DNA of 52,267 bases from Miltoncostaeales bacterium (lineage in GTDB: Bacteria; Actinomycetota; Thermoleophilia; Miltoncostaeales; Miltoncostaeaceae): positions 1 through 52,267 of the forward strand of contig JAUROO010000094.1 in NCBI GenBank assembly GCA_030829765.1. Direction: 5' to 3'. Under the pieces are notes generated by a model. The model ran no database searches. It had not been told where the DNA came from and saw nothing but the letters and a program-made list of their open reading frames with translations. This document shows, piece after piece, positions 26,932 to 36,385 of the stretch (positions are counted from its first letter, which is position 1; every line of letters begins with the position of its first letter). The position numbers were made by a program, and so were the translations under genes.

Positions 26932-27705
26932 GTGCTTCCCGAGCTCGGGTCCATCGGGCCCTTCACCTTCTATTCGTTCGGCCTCATGGCCGCGCTCGCG
27001 ATTGTCGTCGCGGCCGTCTTCCTCGCCGTCGACCTGCGTCAGCGCGGGCTCGATGCGGGCATGGCCGTGGAGGTCGCCATGGCCGCGGGCATCGGCGGGT
27101 TCCTGGGCGCGCGCATCTACTACGTGGTCGAGCACTGGGGCGAGCCCGGGGAGGGCTTGCTCACGGGGGCCGGACTCGTCTGGTACGGGGGCGTGGCCGG
27201 GGGCGTGATCGGGGTGACCCTCGTGTCCCTGTGGAGACGGCTGCCCATCGGGCTGATGGCCAACATGACCGCCGCACCGCTGGCCCTGGGGTATGCGATC
27301 GGGCGCATCGGATGCCAACTGGCGGGCGACGGCGACTACGGCGACCTCACCACCCTGCCATGGGGCATGGCATACCCCGAGGGCACGGTGCCAACCACCG
27401 ACATCGTCCACCCCACTCCGGTGTACGAGACCCTCGCGGGCCTCGTGATCTTCTGGATCCTCTGGCGCATGAGGGGCCGCCTCACCGCGCCCTGGGCGCT
27501 GTTCGGCCTGTACCTGGTGCTGGCGGGGGCCGAGAGGTTCCTCGTGGAGTTCGTGCGGGCAACGCCGATCGTCGCCGGTGGACTCACGACGGCGCAGTTC
27601 ATCTCCCTGGGGATCATCGCCATCGGCGCGATCCTCGTGTGGCGGGGCTGGAACCGCCGCGACCCGGCGTGGGTCGGCGAGCCCGCAGGGAGCCCGGCGG
27701 GCTAG
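26932..27705 (+). CDS. lgt: prolipoprotein diacylglyceryl transferase
   Basis: GPFTFYSFGLM, GARIYYV, WYGGVAGG, GRIGCQLAGD, HPTPVYE. Confidence 0.85.
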   Translation: MLPELGSIGPFTFYSFGLMAALAIVVAAVFLAVDLRQRGLDAGMAVEVAMAAGIGGFLGARIYYVVEHWGEPGEGLLTGAGLVWYGGVAGGVIGVTLVSLWRRLPIGLMANMTAAPLALGYAIGRIGCQLAGDGDYGDLTTLPWGMAYPEGTVPTTDIVHPTPVYETLAGLVIFWILWRMRGRLTAPWALFGLYLVLAGAERFLVEFVRATPIVAGGLTTAQFISLGIIAIGAILVWRGWNRRDPAWVGEPAGSPAG

Positions 27706-28283
27706 GAGCCGCCCCCCGGAACCCAGAGCACGTCCGGACGGCCCGCGGACGCGTTGGCACCACGCGCGAGGATGAAGAACAGGTCGGAGAGCCGGTTGAG
27801 ATAGGCGATCACGTTTTCGCCCACCGCGCCCGTGGGCTCGTGATCGGCCAGCATCACCACCGCGCGCTCGGCGCGGCGGCATACCGTGCGCGCCACATGC
27901 AGGTGCGCCGCGGCGGGGCTGCCACCGGGGAGCACGAAGCTGGTCAGCGCCTCGAGCCCGGAATTCACCTCATCACACCACTGCTCCAGCCACGCCACCC
28001 GCTGCGGGGCGATGCGCAGGCGCCCCTCCGCCGACTCCGGATCAACGGGCACGGCGAGGTCGGCACCCACGTCGAACAGGTCGTTCTGCACCTGCCCCAG
28101 GCGGGAATCCCACCCGTCCGGCAGGTCGCACAGGCGCACCACACCGACCACGGCGTTCAGCTCGTCCACCTCGCCGTATGCGTTCACCCGCAGGTGGTCC
28201 TTGCGCACCAGCGTCATGTCACCGAGGCGGGTGTCGCCCTGATCACCTTGGCGTGTGTAGATCTTGGTCAGGTGGATGCCCAT
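27702..28283 (-). CDS. PduO-type ATP:cob(I)alamin adenosyltransferase
   Basis: KIYTRQGDQGDTRL, NAYGEVDELNAVVG, LQNDLFDVGADLA, FVLPGG. Confidence 0.85.
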   Translation of the reverse strand: MGIHLTKIYTRQGDQGDTRLGDMTLVRKDHLRVNAYGEVDELNAVVGVVRLCDLPDGWDSRLGQVQNDLFDVGADLAVPVDPESAEGRLRIAPQRVAWLEQWCDEVNSGLEALTSFVLPGGSPAAAHLHVARTVCRRAERAVVMLADHEPTGAVGENVIAYLNRLSDLFFILARGANASAGRPDVLWVPGGGS

Positions 28284-28322
28284 GGCGGCACCATAGACCC
28301 TGCGCCGGTCGGAACCCCGCTG

Positions 28323-29747
28323 CTACGGATCCGCGGGGTGGCGGGCGTCCCAGCCGCGGGCGAACACCGCGGCGGTGCGGGCGTCATGCACGCGCCCCAT
28401 CAACTGCTCCCCACGCATCGCAAGCAGCAGCTCGGTGAGCCATGGGCCGGGAGGGCGTTCGAGCATCATGGCCAGTTCGCGGCCGTCCAGCGGGGGGCGG
28501 ATCGGCTCGAGGCCCGCGATGTGCCCATGCGTGGCCAGCATGTCGCGGGCCAGGGCCAGATGCCGCGTGATCTGGATGGGCGTGGTGCGCGGTCCATCCG
28601 TGGCAAGGCGGTCCGCCACCGAGAGCACGATGGCCTCGACCGGGTCGGGGGCAACCCGCCGCAGGTAGCGGTCGTACTGGGCCAGAGTGAGCGGCTGGCG
28701 ATGCACCAGGAAGCCCAGGGCCAGGTGGTGCCGCACGCCGCGCACCACGAACTCGCGCAGGTCGTTGGACGTCCGCATGTGCCGGAACCACGCATCCGCC
28801 ATGTCGGCGCCCACCCGGTCGTGGTGGGGGAAGATGACGCGCCCGCTGTCCAGCACCCCCCGCGTCCCGGCCTTGGCCATGTCATGGAGGAGGGCGGTGA
28901 TACGCAGCGCCTCGCCACGGGTGAGGCCGTCCGCAAGGGGCGCCGCGAGCGAGGCGGAGACCAGGTGCGCGTCGGAGCGGAACACCTCCCCGGGGTCGCG
29001 CTCGATCGCGACCACGTTGTCCAGTACCTCGAGGGTGTGACCGAGGACATCGAGATGGTGATACGCGCTCTGCTCCACCCCGCGGCAGTCCTCCAACTGG
29101 GGAACCAGGCCGCCGAGGCCACCGACCGAATCAAGGGCCCGCACGGCCCGCCCCGGGTCCGGCGCGGTGACGATGCGGGCGAACTCCTCCATGACGCGCT
29201 CGCCGGGGGCATCGGCGATCCCCGCGGACGCCACGCGCGCCGCGTCCACGGCGGCGGTATCCATCGAGAAGCCGAGGGCGTCGGCGATGCGCGCGAGGCG
29301 CAGCACGCGCACCGGGTCGTCGCGGAGGGCGGCCGGCCCCACAAGCGCCATGCGCTTCGCGCGCAGGTCGTCCAGGCCGCCGTGGCGATCGATGACGCCC
29401 CCTGTGCCATCGGCCCGCAGGGCCAGGGCGTTGACGGTGAAATCCCGGCGCGAGAGGTCGTCCTCGAGCCCCTCGCCCAGCACGGGCATGATGTCCACCT
29501 GGCACGGGAGGTCGCCGCCCGAAAGGCGCCACGCCCCGAAGTCCCGCGACAGCCGGAACCGGGATGCCCCGTGCGCGCGCCCGAGCGCGCGCGCCTCGGC
29601 CTCCGGATCCCCTGCGGTGACCACGTCGAGGTCGGCCACCGGCCGGCCCAGCAGGGCGTCGCGCAACCCGCCGCCCACCACCCATGCGGGCGCGGTGAGC
29701 GGCGCGAGCGGCGCGGTGAGGCCACGGGCGTCGAGGTCGGCCGTCAC
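28323..29747 (-). CDS. cca: CCA-adding tRNA nucleotidyltransferase (pol-beta head plus HD domain)
   Basis: WVVGGGLRDALLGRPVADLDVV, RRDFTVNALA, RDDPVRVLR, HHLDVLGHT, LLHDMAK. The GTG at 29747 overlaps the alr stop (GTGA). Confidence 0.8.
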   Translation of the reverse strand: MTADLDARGLTAPLAPLTAPAWVVGGGLRDALLGRPVADLDVVTAGDPEAEARALGRAHGASRFRLSRDFGAWRLSGGDLPCQVDIMPVLGEGLEDDLSRRDFTVNALALRADGTGGVIDRHGGLDDLRAKRMALVGPAALRDDPVRVLRLARIADALGFSMDTAAVDAARVASAGIADAPGERVMEEFARIVTAPDPGRAVRALDSVGGLGGLVPQLEDCRGVEQSAYHHLDVLGHTLEVLDNVVAIERDPGEVFRSDAHLVSASLAAPLADGLTRGEALRITALLHDMAKAGTRGVLDSGRVIFPHHDRVGADMADAWFRHMRTSNDLREFVVRGVRHHLALGFLVHRQPLTLAQYDRYLRRVAPDPVEAIVLSVADRLATDGPRTTPIQITRHLALARDMLATHGHIAGLEPIRPPLDGRELAMMLERPPGPWLTELLLAMRGEQLMGRVHDARTAAVFARGWDARHPADP

Positions 29748-30865
29748 CCCCGGTGGTCCCGCGCGACGCGCGGACTCACCCCGCACGTCACCTCGTAGGA
29801 GATGGAGCCACGCCACGCCGCGACCTCCTCGGCCGTGATGCGCTCAGTGCCCTGGCGGCCGACGATCACCACCTCCTCCCCACCCCGCTCATCCGCCTCG
29901 GGGCCGAGGTCCACGGCGAGGAGGTCCATCGAGACCGTGCCCACCACGGGCACGCGGCGGCCACCCACCAGCACCTGCGCCCGGTTGGACAGGTCACGGG
30001 CGAACCCGTCCGCGTATCCCACGGGAACGATGCCAACCCAGGTGCCGCGCGCGGCCCGCCAGGTACGCCCGTACCCCGCGCTCATCCGGGACGTGAACGG
30101 CTTCACCACCGCCAGGCGCGAGCGCCATGTCATCACCGGCACCAGGTCATCATCCGAGGGGTCCCCGCCGAAGGGCGAGCACCCGTACAGCGCGATGCCG
30201 CACCGCACCATGTCGAACGCGGCGGACGGATCGCGCAGGGTGGCGGCGCTGTTGGATGCATGCACGATGACCCCGGGGAACCGCTCGCGCATGCCGGGCA
30301 CGACCTGGCGGAACCGGATGAGCTGCTCGCGCATGAACCCCGCCTCCGGCCCATCGCACTCATCCGCGGTGGCGAAGTGCGTCATGAGGCCCGCCACCTC
30401 GCACCCGGCTGCTGCCGCGGAGTCGGCCAGGGTGCGTGCATCCGCGGGCGCCACGCCAAGGCGACCCATCCCCGTATCCACCTCCACGTGCACGCGCGCA
30501 CTGCGACCCGCATGCGCTGCGGCGTCGGCGATGGCGCGCACGCAGACGGCGCTGCCGACCACCACCTCGCAGTCCGCGGCCACGGCACGGGCCGGGGCCG
30601 CCCCGGTGAGCGGACTCATGATGAGAATGCGCGCGGAGATGCCGCCCAGGCGCAGCTCCTCGGCCTCCTCCACGCTCGCAACGGCCAGGCTGCCCGCACC
30701 GCCATCCAGGGCGGCGCGGGCGCAGGCGACGGCGCCGTGGCCGTAGCCGTTGGCCTTGACCACGGCCATCAGCTCCGCGTCACCCGCTGCACGCGCGAGG
30801 CGGGCCGCGTTGTGGCGCAGGGCGTCCAGGTCGATGACGGCCGTGGAGCGCGCGTCGGACGTCAT
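29744..30865 (-). CDS. alr: alanine racemase
   Basis: AVVKANGYGHG (PLP Lys), THFATAD, YGRTW, VPVGYADG, SMD. The ATG at 30865 overlaps the upstream stop (ATGA). Confidence 0.9.
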   Translation of the reverse strand: MTSDARSTAVIDLDALRHNAARLARAAGDAELMAVVKANGYGHGAVACARAALDGGAGSLAVASVEEAEELRLGGISARILIMSPLTGAAPARAVAADCEVVVGSAVCVRAIADAAAHAGRSARVHVEVDTGMGRLGVAPADARTLADSAAAAGCEVAGLMTHFATADECDGPEAGFMREQLIRFRQVVPGMRERFPGVIVHASNSAATLRDPSAAFDMVRCGIALYGCSPFGGDPSDDDLVPVMTWRSRLAVVKPFTSRMSAGYGRTWRAARGTWVGIVPVGYADGFARDLSNRAQVLVGGRRVPVVGTVSMDLLAVDLGPEADERGGEEVVIVGRQGTERITAEEVAAWRGSISYEVTCGVSPRVARDHRG

Positions 30866-32388
30866 GCAGCGACCTCCATGCGCGCCCGGGGAAGGGCCTC
30901 GACGATGTCGCTGGCGATCGTGCCCTCGCCGAGACCGGCAATCTCCCCGGCCCGGGCATGCAGCGCCGCGCCGCAGATGGCGGCGTCGGCCGGCGGCAGG
31001 CCGCGTGCGAGCAGCGCCGCGAGGACCCCGGACAGGACATCGCCGGAACCGGCCGTGGCCAGCACGGCCGAGCCCTCGTCGATCACCACGGGCAGGGCGC
31101 CGGGTGCGCAGACGAGCGTGCCCGGCCCCTTCAGCAGCGCCACCGCATCCGAGCGCCCGCACAGGTCACGTGCCGCCTGCAGCCGGGACGCCGTGACCTG
31201 CTCCCGCGTACGCCCGAGCAGCCGCGCCGCCTCGCCCGCATGCGGAGTGATGACCGTGGGCCCCGGGCGCCCACGCAGCGCGCCGAGGTCGTCGCCAAGG
31301 TGCCACAGACCATCGGCATCGAGAACCACGGGGAGCTCCAGCGCGGCGAGCAGTGCGCGCACGAGCGGGGCGGAACCGGGATCCCGGCCAAGCCCCGGGC
31401 CGACGACCACCGCGCCGGCGCGCGACGCCTGGTGCATCACCGCGTCAAGCGACCGTGGCGATACCCCGGAGCCAGTCGGCACCCCCACCACCATCACCTC
31501 AGGCGTGCCCATTGCCACCTCCGCGCGGACGGCCTCGGGCACGCATGCCACCACCAGGCCGGCACCCGCGCGCAGCGCCGCCCGTGTGCACAGGCGCGCG
31601 GCGCCGCTCATCCCCGGGGCGCCCGCCACGGCGAGCACGGCCCCTGCGCGGTACTTGTCCGCCGCAGGGTCACGCGAAGGGATGGCACCGATCACCCCAC
31701 GGGTCGCGCGCCACGCGCAGGGCTCCGGCCGCAGGTCGCGCGGGATGCCGATGTCGGCCACCACGACCTCGCCGGACAGCTCACGCCCGGGCGCGATGCG
31801 AAGCCCGGCCTTCTCCTCCGCGAAGGTGACCGTGAGGCAGGCGCGCACGGCGGGCCCGGGCGCCTCGCCGGTGTCGGCGTCCACGCCGGTCGGTACATCC
31901 AGGGCTGCAACGGGCGCACCGGATGCGCGGAGCGCCACGACGGCCTCGGCCACCATCCCCCGCGGGGCACCGCGCGTGCCCGTGCCGAGCAGCGCATCCA
32001 CCACCACCCTCCCACCGGCCCGCAGCGCATTGAGGTCGACGTCATGGATGGCGATGCCGGCATCGGCGGCCCGGGCCGTCATGAGCGCGCCATCCGGGGA
32101 CTCCGGCGCGCGGGCTCCGGGAGCCTGCACGCGAACGTCCCACCCGGCCTCCGCGAGATGGCGCGCCACCACCATGCCATCGCCGCCATTGTTGCCCGGG
32201 CCCACCAGCACGGTCACCGCCGAGCCGGCAGGGAATGCCCCGGCGATCACCCGCGCCGCTCGTAAGCCGGCGGTCTCCATGAGGACCTCGCCCGGTGTGC
32301 CCGCGGCGACCGCGCGCGCATCCGCGTCGCGGACGGCGGCGGCATCGAAGAGCGGGAGCATTCCAGCGAGCGGCGGCATGCCCCACAT
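30862..32388 (-). CDS. nnr: bifunctional NAD(P)H-hydrate repair enzyme (epimerase/dehydratase)
   Basis: The N-terminal domain has LMETAG and GPGNNGGDG. The C-terminal domain has KYRAGAVLAVAG, ITPHAGEAARL and AGSGDVLSG. The start could be an internal ATG (MLPLFD). Confidence 0.85.
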   Translation of the reverse strand: MWGMPPLAGMLPLFDAAAVRDADARAVAAGTPGEVLMETAGLRAARVIAGAFPAGSAVTVLVGPGNNGGDGMVVARHLAEAGWDVRVQAPGARAPESPDGALMTARAADAGIAIHDVDLNALRAGGRVVVDALLGTGTRGAPRGMVAEAVVALRASGAPVAALDVPTGVDADTGEAPGPAVRACLTVTFAEEKAGLRIAPGRELSGEVVVADIGIPRDLRPEPCAWRATRGVIGAIPSRDPAADKYRAGAVLAVAGAPGMSGAARLCTRAALRAGAGLVVACVPEAVRAEVAMGTPEVMVVGVPTGSGVSPRSLDAVMHQASRAGAVVVGPGLGRDPGSAPLVRALLAALELPVVLDADGLWHLGDDLGALRGRPGPTVITPHAGEAARLLGRTREQVTASRLQAARDLCGRSDAVALLKGPGTLVCAPGALPVVIDEGSAVLATAGSGDVLSGVLAALLARGLPPADAAICGAALHARAGEIAGLGEGTIASDIVEALPRARMEVAA

Positions 32389-32389
32389 C

Positions 32390-32788
32390 CTATTGACGGG
32401 GCTCGCCGCCCCTCAGGATCGCGACGGCGGCGGCCATGCCCCGCGAGTGCGTGAGGGACAGCATCACCTCGACCACGCCGAGCATGGACGCCCGGTGCAG
32501 GCAGCGGCCCGCCAGTATCACCGTGGGCGCGCCGCGCCCACGCACGACCTCGGCCTCATGCCAGCGGGTCATCCCGATGCCGAGGGCCTTCCCCACCGCC
32601 TCCTTGGCGGCGAACCGCGCGGCGAAGTGCTGCGGCGGGTAGGCACGCGACTCGCAGTAGGCCTGCTCCGCGGGGGTGAAGCACCGCTGGGCAAAGCGGG
32701 GGTGGCGCTCCAGCGCACGCTCGATCCGTTCGATCTCGATGAGGTCGATGCCGACCCCCACGATGCCCGGGCCCATCGGCGGGCTCAT
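32390..32788 (-). CDS. acpS: holo-[acyl-carrier-protein] synthase
   Basis: IVGVGIDLIEIERI, FAAKEAVGKALG, LSLTHS. ATGA overlap with the glmS stop. Confidence 0.85.
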   Translation of the reverse strand: MSPPMGPGIVGVGIDLIEIERIERALERHPRFAQRCFTPAEQAYCESRAYPPQHFAARFAAKEAVGKALGIGMTRWHEAEVVRGRGAPTVILAGRCLHRASMLGVVEVMLSLTHSRGMAAAVAILRGGEPRQ

Positions 32789-34623
32789 TCCACCGTGACC
32801 GTCTTCGCGAGGTTGCGGGGCTGGTCCACATTCAGCCCGCGGGCGCGCGCCACGGCATAGGCGAATAGCTGGAGGGGCACCACCGCCAGCACCGAGGCCA
32901 GGAGCGGCGGGGTGCGTGGCACGAACAGCACCTCATCTGCGTGCGCCGCGATCTCCTCGTTGCCCTGGCTGGCCACGACGATCACCTCGGCGCCGCGGGC
33001 CCGGACCTCCTGGATGTTCGAGACGACCTTGTCGAACACGTGGCCATCGGTGGCAACCACGACCACCGGCGACCCGTCGTCCAGCAGGGCGATGGGGCCA
33101 TGCTTCATCTCACCGGCGGGATAGGCCTCGGTGGGCACGTACGAGATCTCCTTCAGCTTCAGGGCGCCCTCGTACGACACCGGCATGCCCACGTGCCTTC
33201 CGAGGTACAGGAAGAACGGGCGGTCCGCATACTTCGCGCCCACGGCGAGCGCATGCGCGGCATCGTCGGAGGCCAGGTATTCCTGCACCAGGTCCGGCAC
33301 GCGGTGGAGCTCCTCGCCGAGGTCCGCGGCGCCCGCGGCGGAGAGCACATGGCGCGCGCGACCCATCTTCAGGGCGAGAAGGGCCAGCGCCACCACCTGC
33401 GCCGTGTGGGTCTTGGTGGCGGCCACGCCGATCTCCAGCCCCGCGCGGGTGTAGAGCACCCCATCGGCGTCGCGGACGGCCTGCGACCCCATGATGTTCG
33501 TAAGCGCCACGACGTGGGCACCGCGCTCGCGGGCCACGCGCATGGCGGCGAGGGTGTCGGCGGTCTCGCCGCTCTGGGTTATGCCGATCACCAGGTCGCC
33601 GGGCCCGGCGAGGCAGGTCCGGTACCGGTACTCGCTGGCCACTTCGACGTGCACCGGCACCTGCGCCCAGTCCTCGATGAGGTAGCGCCCCACCAGGCCG
33701 GCATGGAACGATGTGCCGCAGGCGACGATATGCACCCGTTCCACGCGACCCAGGGCGGCATCATCGAGGCCCAGCCCCGGCAGGTCGATCTCCCCCTCGG
33801 GGCGCAGGCGGTCGCCGATGGTGTCGCGCAGGGCGGCGGGCTGCTCGTGGATCTCCTTGAGCATGAAGGTGTCGTAGCCGCCCTTCTCGGCGGCGTCCTC
33901 GTCCCAGTCGACCCGGGTGATGTCGCGCGCGATGGCCACGTCACCCTCATGGATGGTCACCGAGTCGCGCTCCACCACCACGATCTCGCCCGATTCGACC
34001 GCGATGGTGTCGCGGGTCTCGGGCAGGAACGCAGGGATGGCCGAGGCCACGAATCGCTCGCCCTCGCCCACCCCCACCACCAGCGGGGTCTCCTGCCGAT
34101 ACGCCACGAGCCGGCCGGGTTCATCGGCAGCGGACGACACGATGGTGAAGTGGCCCTCCAGGCGGTCGATCGCCGCGCGCATCGCCGCCACGAGGTCGCC
34201 CGCGTAGTACCGGGCGATGAGATGCGGGATCACCTCGGCATCGGTCTCGCTGCGGAACACCACGCCCTCGTCCTGCAGTTCGGCGCGAAGGCGGGCGTAG
34301 TTCTCGACGATGCCGTTCATCACGACGTTGATGCGTCCCGTCGCGTCTGCGTGCGGGTGCGCGTTGGCCTCGGTCACGCGTCCATGAGTGGCCCAACGGG
34401 TGTGCCCCATGCCGACGGTCGCGGTGGAGGCGTCCGCGCCGCGGTCATGCACCGCCCGGCGCAACTCGGCCAGGTTTCCCACCGCGCGCACGGTGCGCGG
34501 GCCGTCGTCGTCCATCAGCACCACGCCTGCCGAGTCGTACCCCCGGTACTCGAGGCGTTCGAGGCCCGCGAGGATGAGCTCCTCGCATGGCCGCCCGCCC
34601 ACGTATCCGATGATGCCGCACAT
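32785..34623 (-). CDS. glmS: glutamine--fructose-6-phosphate aminotransferase
   Basis: MCGIIGYVG N-terminus (nucleophilic Cys2), two SIS domains, C-terminal LAKTVTVE. The ATG shares one nt with the glmM TGA. Confidence 0.95.
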   Translation of the reverse strand: MCGIIGYVGGRPCEELILAGLERLEYRGYDSAGVVLMDDDGPRTVRAVGNLAELRRAVHDRGADASTATVGMGHTRWATHGRVTEANAHPHADATGRINVVMNGIVENYARLRAELQDEGVVFRSETDAEVIPHLIARYYAGDLVAAMRAAIDRLEGHFTIVSSAADEPGRLVAYRQETPLVVGVGEGERFVASAIPAFLPETRDTIAVESGEIVVVERDSVTIHEGDVAIARDITRVDWDEDAAEKGGYDTFMLKEIHEQPAALRDTIGDRLRPEGEIDLPGLGLDDAALGRVERVHIVACGTSFHAGLVGRYLIEDWAQVPVHVEVASEYRYRTCLAGPGDLVIGITQSGETADTLAAMRVARERGAHVVALTNIMGSQAVRDADGVLYTRAGLEIGVAATKTHTAQVVALALLALKMGRARHVLSAAGAADLGEELHRVPDLVQEYLASDDAAHALAVGAKYADRPFFLYLGRHVGMPVSYEGALKLKEISYVPTEAYPAGEMKHGPIALLDDGSPVVVVATDGHVFDKVVSNIQEVRARGAEVIVVASQGNEEIAAHADEVLFVPRTPPLLASVLAVVPLQLFAYAVARARGLNVDQPRNLAKTVTVE

Positions 34624-35990
34624 CAGTGGCCTCCCCCGACCAGGCCCAGGGCATGACCCGCGGCCTCGGCGATCCCTGCGGCGATCTTCTCGCACTGCTC
34701 GGACGTCGGTGCCTCCACCATCACGCGCACCAGGGGCTCCGTGCCCGACGCCCGCAGCACGATGCGGCCATCGTCACCCAGATCGGCCTCGTGGGCGCGC
34801 ACCAGGTCCCATACCTCCGAAGCATCGCCCAGGTCGCCCTTGCGCTCCACGCGGATGCTCACGAGCCGTTGCGGCATGCGGGTCATCACGGCCGCGGCGG
34901 TGGCGAGGGTGAGGCCGCGCTCCGCGAGCGCGGCCAACAGCATGAGCCCGCCGGCGAGGCCGTCGCCGGTGGGACCGCTCGCCAGGTTGATGAGGTGCCC
35001 GCTCTGCTCGCCCCCGAGGACGAACCCGTGCTCGCGCATCTCGGCCAGCACGTAGCGGTCGCCCACGTCGGTCCAGCGCACCTCGATCCCGTGCTCGGCC
35101 ATCGCCCGGCGGAACCCCAGGTTGGTCATCGTGGTGGTGACCACCGCCGGGCCGGGCAGCTCGCCGCGCCCGTTCAGCCACAGGGCAAGAATCGCCAGGA
35201 TCTGGTCGCCATCCACCACCGCCCCGGTGCCGTCGACGGCCAGCACGCGATCGCCATCGCCATCGAAGGCGAGGCCGAGCGCGGCGCCCTCCGCCACCAC
35301 GCACTCCTGGAGCGCATCGAGGTGGGTCGATCCGCACGCGACGTTGATGTTCACGCCGTCGGGCTCCGCCCCGATCACCACCAGGTCGGCCCCGAGCGCC
35401 CGGAGCACGGCGGGCGCGGCGCTGACGGTGGCGCCGTTCGCGCAGTCCACCACGATGCGCTGCCCGGACAGGTCGAGCGGGAAGCGCTGCACCAACCGGG
35501 CGCGGTAGGCCTCGACGGCGTCGTCCCACCGGGTGATGGAGCCGACCTCGCCGGCGATGGGGCGGGCTCCGTCGTCGGACCGGATCAGGGCCTCGAGCGC
35601 GGCCTCCACGTCGTCGGGCAGCTTGAAGCCGTCCGGCCCGAATACCTTGATTCCGTTGTCGGGGAATGGGTTGTGCGAGGCGCTGATGACCACGCCGTTG
35701 GTGAAGCGCGCGTCATGCGCCACCAGCTCGGCCACCGCGGGAGTGGGCATGACCCCGCCCAGCACCACGTCGGCACCGGCGGACGCGATGCCCGCGGCCA
35801 GCGCGGCCTCCAGCATCGGGCCGCTCCGGCGGGTGTCCTGGCCCACCAGAACCGTGCCCCGGCCCCCGGGCGCGCGGCCGAGGGCACGCCCGATGGACAT
35901 GGCCAACTCGGGCGTGAGGTCGGCGTTCGCGACCCCGCGGACGCCGTCCGTCCCGAAGAGGCTCCGGGCCGGGGGCGCCTGTCTGCTCAG
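34623..35990 (-). CDS. glmM: phosphoglucosamine mutase, probably initiating at a CTG
   Basis: ISASHNPFPDNGIK (phospho-Ser loop). The conserved N-terminal LFGTDGVRGVAN is encoded at about 35960-35925, upstream of the first canonical start (TTG at 35906). The only near-cognate in-frame codon upstream is CTG at 35990-35988, which forms a CTGA overlap with the rpsI stop. Confidence 0.85.
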   Translation of the reverse strand: MSRQAPPARSLFGTDGVRGVANADLTPELAMSIGRALGRAPGGRGTVLVGQDTRRSGPMLEAALAAGIASAGADVVLGGVMPTPAVAELVAHDARFTNGVVISASHNPFPDNGIKVFGPDGFKLPDDVEAALEALIRSDDGARPIAGEVGSITRWDDAVEAYRARLVQRFPLDLSGQRIVVDCANGATVSAAPAVLRALGADLVVIGAEPDGVNINVACGSTHLDALQECVVAEGAALGLAFDGDGDRVLAVDGTGAVVDGDQILAILALWLNGRGELPGPAVVTTTMTNLGFRRAMAEHGIEVRWTDVGDRYVLAEMREHGFVLGGEQSGHLINLASGPTGDGLAGGLMLLAALAERGLTLATAAAVMTRMPQRLVSIRVERKGDLGDASEVWDLVRAHEADLGDDGRIVLRASGTEPLVRVMVEAPTSEQCEKIAAGIAEAAGHALGLVGGGH

Positions 35991-36385
35991 CGCTTCGAGA
36001 ACTGCGGACGCTTGCGGGCGCCCTTGAGGCCCGCCTTCTTGCGCTCCTTCTCGCGCGCGTCGCGCGTGAGGAAGCCCTCGCGCTTCAGCTCGGGCCGCAG
36101 GTTCTCGTCCATCTCCACCAGCGCGCGGGCGACTGCGTGGCGCAGGGCGCCGGCCTGGCCGGAGATCCCGCCGCCGTCGAGGCGTGCGGTCACGTTGAAC
36201 TGGCCGTCCACGCCGGCGATCACCAGCGGCGAGCGGGCCTCGGTGACCAGCACCTTGCGGCCGAAGAAGTCGTCGATGGGGCGCCCGTTGCAGGTGATGG
36301 TTCCATCGCCGGGCTCGAGCACGATGCGGGCGACCGACGTCTTGCGCTTGCCGGTTGCCTGGATGCGGACCTGGACGGTGCTCAT
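35987..36385 (-). CDS. rpsI: 30S ribosomal protein S9
   Basis: GKRKTSVARI ... GGGISGQAGALRHAVARAL ... TRDAREKERKKAGLKGARKRPQFSKR. Confidence 0.95.
   Translation of the reverse strand: MSTVQVRIQATGKRKTSVARIVLEPGDGTITCNGRPIDDFFGRKVLVTEARSPLVIAGVDGQFNVTARLDGGGISGQAGALRHAVARALVEMDENLRPELKREGFLTRDAREKERKKAGLKGARKRPQFSKR

Noticed and set aside
26901-32860. Very long plus-strand ORFs (26901..29798 at 965 aa, and 29753..32860 at 1035 aa). Similar cases are 7191..9617(-), 49474..51684(-), 537..1400(+) and 3889..5235(+).
   Set aside because: Their products are Arg/Pro/Gly/His-rich and low-complexity, with no recognisable motifs. They lie exactly antisense to well-conserved genes (cca, alr, nnr, ftsZ, korA and others). 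These are typical shadow ORFs in high-GC DNA.
34600-34700. glmS ribozyme upstream of glmS
   Set aside because: The glmS start codon overlaps the glmM stop, so there is no leader.
35906-35908. TTG at 35906 as the glmM start (the track start)
   Set aside because: It would delete the conserved FGTDGVRG N-terminal segment, which is clearly encoded in frame upstream.
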